DNA from: Chrysochromulina tobinii
Lineage: Eukaryota
NCBI GenBank assembly: GCA_001275005.1
Contig: JWZX01001689.1
Coordinates: forward strand, 1 to 38,725
DNA: 38,725 nt
Direction: 5' to 3'
This document shows, in pieces, positions 19,809 to 28,588 of this stretch. Each line of letters starts with the position of its first letter. The stretch's first letter is position 1. The notes beneath the pieces were generated by a model, which saw only the letters and a list, made by a program, of their open reading frames with translations, did no database searches and had not been told where the DNA came from. Position numbers and translations under genes: made by a program.

Positions 19809-20824
19809 GGTGCTGGCACCTGGCGGCGCTACGGCGGCCGCAGGCCAGGCCCCCTCCCGCGTGACCCTTCGGCACCGCGCCGACTCACCTCCCATCCTCT
19901 CTCCCTGCGTTGTGCCGTGTGCATGTGCGTGATGTCTGTGCGAGTGCTGTGTGCCGTCCGAGTGCTGTGCCGTGAGAGTGCCCCATGTGTGCGAGTGGTA
20001 TGATGCTTGTGTGCTACCTTGTACCATGTACGTCAGAGCGGATGAATGTCGGCTCGTGGAGAGCGAGAGGTGGAGCCAGAGGACTGCTGTGGACGTCCCT
20101 GTCGTATCGCGGTATGTGTCCGGGGCTCCGCGGCCGCCTCCCCCTCCGGCCGGTGCCGGTGACTCCCCCCGGTCCACGCACTCGCAGGTGCGAACGAGGC
20201 GGAGTCTGGTGCTCTGGTGTCTGCCCGACTGCCCCACAGCATGCAGCATGTGGAGTCTGGAGAGAATCTGGTGAAGATTCTGATCGCGCGCGAGGTCGCC
20301 GGCCGGAGGCGGAGCGCATCGCGGTTATACGGCGCTGCATCCCGATCGCCGGCGCGGGGCGCGGGCGTGGCCGGCACGACGATCGCGTGACTGAAAACGA
20401 CGCGACGACCGCTGTTTCGTGTTTGACCGTGTTACAAGCCAAGCCCGACGTTATTATGTGTGAGCCTCGGTGTGCTTCCAGTGGTATAGGTGTTGTATAG
20501 GTGTTCCGTGTCTGACGTGAAAATCGTGAGCGACACGATGTTTGCGTGAGGAACCCGGGAAGAATCAAGAAACCGCTAACCGGCCGCGACGCTCCCTCGT
20601 CGGACGGGCAAATCGGAAGCCGAACAGGAACACCGCCTCAAAAGCCTGGACAAGGCGCATGACAAGCGACAAGGCGCAAGCTGGCAGGCGGTCTCGGACG
20701 GGAGTCGGACGCGGGCGGCTGGCGTACGTCGGCGCTCCCCCAGTCGCCCTGCTCACGGCAACGCCTGCGCAGGAGCGCCTCGCCTGCACGCTGCCAAGAC
20801 GTCGCGTTGCCCACGCTGCACGGC

Positions 20825-20878
20825 CACTAGCCAATCACTAGCCAATCACTAGCCAATCACTAGCCAATCACTAGCCAA
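20825..20878 (-). repeat. ~5 x 11-bp repeat (TTGGCTAGTGA on gene strand) containing the TPR-gene stop codon
   Basis: CACTAGCCAAT x4 plus CACTAGCCAA; the stop at 20871-20873 lies in the gene-proximal unit. Confidence 0.92.
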
Positions 20879-22004
20879 CGTCCGCCGCCACGCCCACCCT
20901 GCGTATGCTCAGGACGACGCGTCCACTGCGGAGGCCATTCGGGATGACGCTCAGGACGACACTCAGGCTGCAGCACGCGCCGACGGCAGGCCGGCGCAAG
21001 GCGAGCTCGGCGACCACCTCACCCGTCTGCTGGAGGGTCTCGTAGCCCATGCGCATACGCAGGCACCATTCCGCGGCGATGTCGACATCCTTGAACACGC
21101 CCGTGCACAGCAGCGCAGCCACCTGGAGCTCTGGCGAGCGGAAGAAATGGTCCACAGTCGAACTGATGAGCGGGCTCTCGTCCTCTGGTTCTTCTCGCTC
21201 GATGTCGAGCTCGGGCAAGTCCACTCGAGGACCCTTGGCCGTCGTCAGCCGGAGGCGTTCGCCCATCTCGCTGAGCAGCGCCACGTGCAAATTGTCGCGC
21301 GACATTTGCGCCGTGCGCGCATCGCGGGCGCTCAGGCTCAGTTGCAGGCAGCGCTTCTGCAGCCACACGGCTCGCGAGAACGCACCCGTCTGCTGCATCG
21401 CGTTGGCCAGATTGCAACACGACACGCGCTCAACGAGCTGTCGCGAGACTCCATGGGACATGCGCCGGGCCAAGCCGAGCGCCCTGGCTGCGTGATCGTA
21501 TCCCTCTCGCGTCGCTACCCGGCGAATCGCGTGGTTGCACGCATCGATGTGCATCTCACACGCCTTGAGCAGTGCGATGTTCAGGTTGTCACGTTCGCGC
21601 GCTGCGAGCTCGGTGTCGCCGGCCTGCACGGATAGCCTCAGACAGCGTTCGTGCTCAGCCACGCACCCCTCGTGATCCCCGAGCGCTGAATGGCAATTAG
21701 CAATGTTGCACGCAGCCACTCGCTCGACAAGGAGTTGCGAGTGTGCGTCCGTGAATCGCAGCCCGCGAGCCCTCGCGCGCTCGAAGAAAGCCAATGCTTT
21801 GCGTGCTTCGCCAGCCGCTAGTGCCGTGTGGCCCTCTTCGATAAGCTCTTGAGCGCCGTCGACGAGCTCGTCATGCTCCCTTGCCGCCAATGGAGTGGCC
21901 GTGTGCTCGTCTCGCCCGTGCGCCGGTAACTCAGTCCTCTCGCGCTCGCCCTGCGAAGCCACGGGCTTGGCTTTCTTGGAGAGGACCTTTGACGATTTGC
22001 CCAT
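20871..22004 (-). CDS. TPR-like repeat protein
   Basis: Two homologous helical units: ERVAACNIANCHSALGDHEGCVAEHERCLRLS...RDNL and ERVSCCNLANAMQQTGAFSRAVWLQKRCLQLS...RDNL. Start MGKSSK inferred. Confidence 0.75.
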   Translation of the reverse strand: MGKSSKVLSKKAKPVASQGERERTELPAHGRDEHTATPLAAREHDELVDGAQELIEEGHTALAAGEARKALAFFERARARGLRFTDAHSQLLVERVAACNIANCHSALGDHEGCVAEHERCLRLSVQAGDTELAARERDNLNIALLKACEMHIDACNHAIRRVATREGYDHAARALGLARRMSHGVSRQLVERVSCCNLANAMQQTGAFSRAVWLQKRCLQLSLSARDARTAQMSRDNLHVALLSEMGERLRLTTAKGPRVDLPELDIEREEPEDESPLISSTVDHFFRSPELQVAALLCTGVFKDVDIAAEWCLRMRMGYETLQQTGEVVAELALRRPAVGACCSLSVVLSVIPNGLRSGRVVLSIRRVGVAADVG

Positions 22005-22204
22005 GTGACATCGGCATGTGCCGTGAACCCATGGGCCAGCACCGTGAAAGTAAACACAACCAGAATTCTTCATCATCCATGTGTCCTGCAGCCTGCCGAT
22101 GTCGGCGTGTTATTACCGGGGATAACTTTACAGTATACAGAAGTCAGCGCCCGAGACGGCGCCGATTCACACGTCCCGGACGTACCGCTCTCCGGGAGCC
22201 GGGT

Positions 22205-22257
22205 GTCTCCTGGAGACCCGGTAACGATCGGGTCTCCTGGAGACCCGGTAACGATCG
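22205..22257. repeat. 2 x 27-bp tandem repeat carrying an inverted repeat CGGGTCTCC-T-GGAGACCCG
   Basis: Directly visible; period 27. Confidence 0.88.
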
Positions 22258-22676
22258 CGCGACGCCGTCGCGGCGCCCCCCCGGCAGGCGACGGGTCCGC
22301 CCCCCCACACACGCAAACCAAAACCCACACCGCAGTCACAGAGCCCGCACACAACAGCAGAGACGACAGACGATCCGTCCACATGAACACGTACGAAGAA
22401 CGATGCGCTAAGACAGTCGTGGACGTGGTACTCACCGCTGCGCACACTACTACTACACGCTCCACACCCGACTGCGCACACGCGATGTTGTGGATTCGGT
22501 TTCACCTCACCTGTGTCTTCTCCCGTCTGTGCACTGGTCCGAGGTGTGACAGAGACGCATGCGGAGACGCGTCCGTTGCACACGCACACAATCCGAGGTT
22601 CGGCTAACCCTCTCCTCACAGCCTCCATTTCCCCACGTCCTCCATGCCCTGATCGATTGCGCGGGCGCGTGCGTCA

Positions 22677-24521
22677 TCAATCGCCGTGCCCCTCGCCGAC
22701 CTTTGCCACCTTGTTTGCGTACGGGTTGGGGCCCAACGTGGCAGGTCCTGTTGCTTGGACCTCGAAGATGGCGTTGGGGGTGTTGTAGCAGCTCTTCTCG
22801 GGGCCCGACTCAGCCCCGGGACCACTCCCTTCTGCCATAACTGCCGTTCCCTTGTCCCCCATCGGTGTCATGTCCAGGCCGAGCAGCGATAGAGCCTGGT
22901 TCAGGCACTTGGCGGCACCATGAGCGTCTGTCCAGCAGTTCTCGATGTCAATGTTGTCGTCCATGTAGGCCTTTGCCGTCTTCATGAAGTCGCTGGGCGC
23001 GCGCGTGAGGGTGCAGTCAAATCTGCTGCCGGGAGGTGTAAACCGGTGGAACACGGAGAACTCCCTGTCAAGCTCGTTGCGCGTGATTTTGAGCATCGCG
23101 ACCTTCGGGTGCTTTGCCATTGAGGCCAGAGCGTCCGTCCACGCAGGCATCGCGCGCTCGTTGCGCGCCATCGTACATGCGGACGGGCTATCCAGCTTTG
23201 TACCCTTTCCGGCCGTGTTGGCGTTGACGAACTGCGGGAAGAACTTGATGGTGATGGAGCACTCGGCGGGAGGGCATACGTCGACCGGCACGCCAGCGCA
23301 GACCAGGTCGCGCACACGAACATAATATTCGGCGAGGTTGTAGCGCAGGCCCGCGTACAGTGGCGACGTTTCGCCAATGAGGCTCATGCGATCGATCTTG
23401 AGCTGCTTGAACTCGAGGGCCGCCTGGGCCATGATCTTCTCCTGGAGCTCCGGGTTCCTAGCGTTCATGAGGGTGTGGGTATCCGCGTCGAAGATGGCGT
23501 CGGGCTCCCCGCCATTGCACTCTGGGATCGCGCTTGTCGACCACACGGTGGTGCTGTACGCGAACGGCTCCCCGATGTCGAACACGCACGGGTGCTTGTT
23601 GAGCGCCTTGCCGATCTCTGTCGTGCCGCTTCCATGGTCGGAAACGACGACGAGCACCTGTGCGCGCGGCCCCATAGCCGCTGCCGGTGCAGGGCGTGCT
23701 GCCGCTGCCGGTGCGGGCCGCACGGCCGCAACTGGTGCGTGATACGGTACGACCGGTGCCGCAGGTCGTGCAGCCACGGCCGGTGTGGGCCGCACGGCCG
23801 CAGCCGGTGTGGGCCGCACGGCCGCAGCCGGTGCCGCCTCCACCTTCTGGCACGCGAGGAGGCACTGTGTGTGCATAAAGGTCGGATTGGCCCGGCATTC
23901 GCCCGCAGCCGCCCACCCGGCGCAACCCTGGACTGGCCGCGGCCCGCTAGGCGCTGACGCTGAGGTAACCGGCCCGGCAACGGGCCGCACCACTGCCGGC
24001 ATGGGCCTCGCGGCCGGTGCGGGTTTCGCAACCGCAGCCGGTGCAGGCCTCGCGGCCGCTGCCGGCGCGGGTTTCGCAACCGCAGCCGGTGCAGGCCTCG
24101 CGGCCGCTGCCGGTGCGGGTTTCGCAGCCGCTGCCGGTGCAGGCCTCGCGGCCGCTGCCGGTGCAGGTTTGGCAGTCGCTAGGGGTGCCGGCTTGGGCGT
24201 CGTGGCCGCCGGTGCTGGGTAGTACCCTCCGACGAGAATGTTGGGGTCCACGGTATCCGCCAGCGGTGCTGGCTCTCCCTTGAGCGAGTCGTCATCCGCA
24301 GCGCAACGGACGGGATCATCGGAGTAGAGGCAGCCAATGAGGGCCTTCTTGGACTTGGTGGGCCGCTCCTCCTTGGCTTCTTGGTCCGGTAGTGGCGGAG
24401 CCATCAGAGCTGCATCGGCAGAGTCGCCCGCATTGAGCTCCGTCGTTGGCTGCATCGCCGCCAACCACGGCGGCATGCCTAGTACCAAGGGCAGCAAGAG
24501 GGGCAGGGGCAGCAGCACCAT
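22677..24521 (-). CDS. Secreted protein: signal peptide, Pro/Ala-rich repeats, ShKT domain, sulfotransferase-like P-loop domain
   Basis: Signal MVLLPLPLLLPLVLG; (AA[K/R]PAPAA)n linker; ShKT CAGWAAAGECRANPTFMHTQCLLAC. VVSDHGSGTT..GKALNKHPCVFDIGEPF and KITRNELDREFS resemble the 5'- and 3'-PAPS-binding motifs. Confidence 0.8.
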   Translation of the reverse strand: MVLLPLPLLLPLVLGMPPWLAAMQPTTELNAGDSADAALMAPPLPDQEAKEERPTKSKKALIGCLYSDDPVRCAADDDSLKGEPAPLADTVDPNILVGGYYPAPAATTPKPAPLATAKPAPAAAARPAPAAAAKPAPAAAARPAPAAVAKPAPAAAARPAPAAVAKPAPAARPMPAVVRPVAGPVTSASAPSGPRPVQGCAGWAAAGECRANPTFMHTQCLLACQKVEAAPAAAVRPTPAAAVRPTPAVAARPAAPVVPYHAPVAAVRPAPAAAARPAPAAAMGPRAQVLVVVSDHGSGTTEIGKALNKHPCVFDIGEPFAYSTTVWSTSAIPECNGGEPDAIFDADTHTLMNARNPELQEKIMAQAALEFKQLKIDRMSLIGETSPLYAGLRYNLAEYYVRVRDLVCAGVPVDVCPPAECSITIKFFPQFVNANTAGKGTKLDSPSACTMARNERAMPAWTDALASMAKHPKVAMLKITRNELDREFSVFHRFTPPGSRFDCTLTRAPSDFMKTAKAYMDDNIDIENCWTDAHGAAKCLNQALSLLGLDMTPMGDKGTAVMAEGSGPGAESGPEKSCYNTPNAIFEVQATGPATLGPNPYANKVAKVGEGHGD

Positions 24522-24721
24522 GATGGTCGGGGAAATTTTTTTCTGTCCCGAAATGGAAAGCGTGCATGACCCTTTTTTGGTACCATCCGGGCATGCGTAG
24601 ACGTGGGAAGTGGGGGAAGTGATCGATTTGGGTGCAGGGTTTTAATCGGTTACGTATCCTCATGTATTGCATGTATCTTCTTAATGAAGAGGGTGTGAAG
24701 TTTTCCAATGAACTTCTCATC

Positions 24722-25888
24722 ATGCTCGACGCCGCCGTCGGCTTCGCCGCTGGCGCGGCCTGCGCAGCCGCGCTGTACTACGTCGTCGCGCAGCGGCTCA
24801 CGCGGCGATCCGACACAGAGCCTGCCCTCGTCCAAGATCCCGAGACTTGGGCAGCTCGCCACCACGGGGCACGTGCGTCCGTCGACCCGGGGTACTACGC
24901 CTTCTACTCATCGGTGGCGGGCGCCATCACCACCAACGTTGCGCTCATGGCGGTGCCCATCGACGACCACTGCATCGTCCGAGGTCATGCCGTTTTTGAC
25001 ACGTGCTCGCTCGTTGGCGGGCGCATGTACCGGCTGCAGATCCACCTCGACCGGCTCTTTGCATCAGCCAAGGCTGCACGTCTACCGCTGCCCTTTGGAG
25101 ACGACGAGGCGGCCAATCGCTCGCGCATGACCGCGATCGTGCGTGCCACGTGCAAGGCGAGCGGTAAGAGCGACTGCGACGTACGCTTTTGGCTGACCGC
25201 GGGCACAGGTAACCTGGGAGTGACGCCGGCAGGATGTCGCCCTTCCTTCTTCGTGCTGTGCTTTGGTGGGTTGCCGGCGCTCAAGACTGCAGCCTTGGAC
25301 GGCAGCATTGCCGAAGTGACCATCCCCGAGAGCGTCGTGCCGCTCAAGCCGCCGCACCTCGCCCAGCTCAAGTCTAACAACTACCTGCTCAACGCCCTCA
25401 CCATGATGGCTGCTGCCGAGCGCGGGGGGACCTTCGGCATCGGCGTGACAAGCAGCGGTTACTTGACGGAGTCGTGCGTGCTCAACGTGATCGTGGTCGG
25501 CAAGGACGGCGCGCTGCGCACGCCGCCGTTTGAGGGCATCCTGTGCGGCACCACCGTCCGTCGCGTTTTCGAGCTGGCACGCCAGCACCTCGTGGGTAGC
25601 GCCGTCGTGGGCAGCGCCGTCGTGAGCAGCGCCGTCGTGGGCAGCGCCGTCGTGGGCAGCCGTTGGGCGCTGCTCTCCGACGTTCGACAGGAGCCTATCA
25701 GAGCGGATGAGGCGCGAGACGCGGCCGAGCTCATGCTGGTCGCGGGCGACACGCATGTCTGCCCGATCACGACGCTCGACGGCCACAAGATTGGTAACGG
25801 CAAGCCCGGTCCCGTGTTTGCAGCACTCAAGCGTCTGTTAGAGGAGGATGCGGGTGCGGCCTCGGGCGAGCACATCGAAGCGCTGTGA
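24722..25888 (+). CDS. PLP-dependent class IV aminotransferase (D-amino-acid transaminase / 4-amino-4-deoxychorismate lyase-like)
   Basis: Motifs PIDDHCIVRGHAVFDT, HLDRLFASA, catalytic LKSNNYLLN, ESCVLNV and GILCGTT. N-terminal hydrophobic anchor. Confidence 0.92.
   Translation: MLDAAVGFAAGAACAAALYYVVAQRLTRRSDTEPALVQDPETWAARHHGARASVDPGYYAFYSSVAGAITTNVALMAVPIDDHCIVRGHAVFDTCSLVGGRMYRLQIHLDRLFASAKAARLPLPFGDDEAANRSRMTAIVRATCKASGKSDCDVRFWLTAGTGNLGVTPAGCRPSFFVLCFGGLPALKTAALDGSIAEVTIPESVVPLKPPHLAQLKSNNYLLNALTMMAAAERGGTFGIGVTSSGYLTESCVLNVIVVGKDGALRTPPFEGILCGTTVRRVFELARQHLVGSAVVGSAVVSSAVVGSAVVGSRWALLSDVRQEPIRADEARDAAELMLVAGDTHVCPITTLDGHKIGNGKPGPVFAALKRLLEEDAGAASGEHIEAL
25592..25660 (+). repeat. In-frame 15-bp repeat x4.6 (VGSAV) within the aminotransferase
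   Basis: GTGRGYAGCGCCGTC units are directly visible. Confidence 0.9.
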
Positions 25889-25954
25889 CGAGCACATCGA
25901 AGCGCTGTGGCGAGTGCATCTACGCGCTGTGACGAGTACATCGAAGCGCTGTGA
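25867..25954 (+). repeat. 4 x 22-bp repeat CGAGCACATCGAAGCGCTGTGA duplicating the aminotransferase stop codon
   Basis: Unit 1 ends on the TGA stop (25886-25888); units 2-4 are slightly diverged. Confidence 0.93.
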
Positions 25955-25962
25955 ATCGCCAT

Positions 25963-26086
25963 AATGGAGTCGTTCACACCGCCAGAATGGAGTCGTTCAC
26001 ACCGCCAGAATGGAGTCGTTCACACCGCCAGAATGGAGTCGTTCACACCGCCAGAATGGAGTCGTTCACACCGCCAGAATGGAGTC
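25963..26086 (+). repeat. 5.4 x 23-bp perfect minisatellite AATGGAGTCGTTCACACCGCCAG
   Basis: Five identical abutting units plus 9 nt, with no spacers. Confidence 0.95.
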
Positions 26087-26574
26087 ATTTGTTGGCCCTG
26101 GCATGATTGTGCGCGCAGTGCCTACTGCAGGGTACCACTATGGGAGGTTGGGAGCCTCCTCGTGCAGCACGCGGCGGTGGTTAGGCGGTGGTTGGTGCCG
26201 TGCAGGCGTTCAAAATGTATGAGCGGACAGGGGAAGTAGCCGATCGAGTTGAGTTCAGTACTGTACTTCAGGTTTAAGTTGATGAGTAGAGTCTGTGATC
26301 CTCTTGTGTGCAGAGAGAGCGAGAACTGTGGGTGGACCGTGAAGATACAAGATTGCGACTTCGAAGGACGGCCGTGTGTGTTTCGGAATGCGTTCGGCCA
26401 CGCTCTTCACAGTGACACTCAGGCACACCGACAGAAGTGTCAGGGTATGGCGACGACCCACTTCACACACTTTCCGAAGACGACTACCTCAACGAACCCC
26501 AAATATTTCCACCGGTCTCGCTGACTTGACTTTATTAACAGCCAAGTTCACAGTATACTGAGTGTGGGACAACA

Positions 26575-28383
26575 ATGGCGACGTGGATAGGGGATGTTGC
26601 AACAGTCGCTTTCGACAATACGGACGGCCGCTTCGACGATCCCGACTCCGACGATGAGGAGAAGGATGCGGACGGCCGCTTCGACACTACCGAGTCAACA
26701 GATCCCTATGCCGAATTCGACCATGAGGGCCCTCTGCATCTGTACGCTCCTGGCGCTGACCCCGACGGAGACTTACCCGAACCAGAAGATTTTGATGCGC
26801 TTTTCTATGGCGACGAAGATAACGTCACGCTAACGACGTTCGCCGATAACGATGCAGTTGCAACCGCTCGGGACGAGGCAGGCGCAGGCTCTGCAGACGG
26901 CGAAGCCGCCGACACCGAGCCCGACATGGCTGCAGGCACTGAGGATGGCGCGGCCGCAGCGAAGAGGCGAGAAGCAAATCGCAAGAAGCGCCAGAAGCAG
27001 AAGGCAAAGAAGACACCGCAGCAGCCGCCGGAAGCGCGGGATACGTTGCAGCTGAGAATGGAGTCTTCGACATCGAGCTCCACCTCGAGCGCCGCCGCAA
27101 TCGCCGAGGCTGGGCGACAAACCGCCGAGGCAGGGCGGCAAACCGTGAGCCGGCACCAGCGACGGCTGGTGATGCAGCGCCAAAAAGAAGCCGACTCCAA
27201 GGTGGCCAACGCGGACCTCTTCGTCAATCAGCTCCAGCTGCTCCCTTTCCTCGTCCAGGCCTCACAAGCAGGCGTGCAAGGGCAGCTGGATGTACTCGAG
27301 TACGTCGTCGCGGGACCGGGCGGAGCGGCAGGCGCAGCAGGGGCGGCGCCCTCGAGAGTGATCCGCATCGCGCAATACCCGCAGGGCGTTGGGTGTGCGG
27401 CGACGGCGGGCAAGGCTGCGTGGGGCTGGCGCGTGTGGGACGGTGCCAAGGCGCTCGCGCGCGTCCTCGAGAGACACCCGACTCTGGTGCACCGTGCAGT
27501 CGTCCTCGAGTTGGGTGCTGGCGCTGGTCTCGCCTCTCTCGCGGCCGCGCGGCTGGGTGCTCGTGCGGTGCTCGCGACAGACTTGCCGGAAGCGCTGCCG
27601 CTGCTCATACACAACCTTGAGCGCAACGGTGCTCGTGTGCTGAAGGCGTGTGCGCGCGCGCCTGGCGGCGTGTGCTGCCCAAGCGGGCATGCGCTCAAAG
27701 CGTCTCTTGCTGCGACTGAGGACCACATGTGTAACGTGTGCGGATTGGAAGACGCTCTCGCGGCAGGCATCGAGCAGGGCGATCCCGTGCATGCATGCCG
27801 CCTGTGCGACTTTGATGTATGTGGCAAGTGCGCGGATCGCGCCGTGGCGGGCGAGTGGTCTGCGCTGCCTGGTTGGTGGAAGCTCACGTGCGAGGGTTTC
27901 ATCACGGGCGTGGGCACTTGGCACCTCCCGCCTTCAAGCGCGCCTTCAAGCGCCGACAGCGGCGGCGGTGGTGGCGAGAGCACGAGCGAGAGCACGAGCG
28001 AAGGAGCTCGGTTGATAGCGGCACCCTGGGATTTGCTGGCCGCAGGGGGCGTGGCCGACCGAGCCGACGCGCTGCTCAACGAGGTGCTCGAGCAATCGGG
28101 CGCGCTGCCATCGCTTATCCTTGTGGCGGATGTCTCGTGCAGCGCGGCTCTCATTCAACCGCTCGTCGCTTCGCTCGTGGCGCTGCGGGCGCGGCTACCG
28201 AGCGGTGCGATCGCACTGATGGCGCACGAGAAGCGCGAGGCCAAGGTGGATGCGGCCCTCGAGGCCGCCTTCGACGCGGCCAAGCTCAAGAGGGAGCCGA
28301 TCGAGATTCCGAGCGGTGTGCAGTCCGACGCGGACGCGAAGCGCGCGCGCCTGCGCTTGTGGCGAGTCCCGCTCACTCTGTAG
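26575..28383 (+). CDS. METTL21/Methyltransf_16-like SAM-dependent protein methyltransferase with inserted Cys-rich zinc finger
   Basis: Motifs GWRVWDGAKALA, VLELGAGAGL, LATDLPEALPLLIHNLERN, LILVADV and AHEKR. Insert CPSGH...CNVC...CRLCDFDVCGKC. Acidic N-terminus. Confidence 0.88.
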   Translation: MATWIGDVATVAFDNTDGRFDDPDSDDEEKDADGRFDTTESTDPYAEFDHEGPLHLYAPGADPDGDLPEPEDFDALFYGDEDNVTLTTFADNDAVATARDEAGAGSADGEAADTEPDMAAGTEDGAAAAKRREANRKKRQKQKAKKTPQQPPEARDTLQLRMESSTSSSTSSAAAIAEAGRQTAEAGRQTVSRHQRRLVMQRQKEADSKVANADLFVNQLQLLPFLVQASQAGVQGQLDVLEYVVAGPGGAAGAAGAAPSRVIRIAQYPQGVGCAATAGKAAWGWRVWDGAKALARVLERHPTLVHRAVVLELGAGAGLASLAAARLGARAVLATDLPEALPLLIHNLERNGARVLKACARAPGGVCCPSGHALKASLAATEDHMCNVCGLEDALAAGIEQGDPVHACRLCDFDVCGKCADRAVAGEWSALPGWWKLTCEGFITGVGTWHLPPSSAPSSADSGGGGGESTSESTSEGARLIAAPWDLLAAGGVADRADALLNEVLEQSGALPSLILVADVSCSAALIQPLVASLVALRARLPSGAIALMAHEKREAKVDAALEAAFDAAKLKREPIEIPSGVQSDADAKRARLRLWRVPLTL

Positions 28384-28441
28384 TTCAAAATCTTTAGTAG
28401 AAAGTCGACTCCGGTACATATGTTCACAGAACCATTCACGC

Positions 28442-28485
28442 CAAGCAAGCAAGCAAGCTTGCTTGCTTGCTTGCTTGCTTGCTTG
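28442..28485. repeat. (CAAG)4(CTTG)7 fold-back microsatellite (32-bp perfect palindrome 28442-28473)
   Basis: Directly visible. Confidence 0.92.
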
Positions 28486-28588
28486 CATTCACGCCAGGGC
28501 ATCTTCGACCTCAACGTTCACACACTGAGTCACACACTGTCGCCGAAAAGAATCGCACAAGCGCACCCACAAGGCGTCGCTCCTTTCC

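Noticed and set aside
25592..25660. 15-bp repeat as an intron in the aminotransferase
   Set aside because: The frame is open without splicing, and the GT-AG pairs I checked are not multiples of three. Treated as an in-frame loop expansion.
25867..26086. CRISPR-like array (22-23 bp repeats)
   Set aside because: Units abut with no unique spacers, there are no cas genes, and the context is eukaryotic. These are minisatellites.
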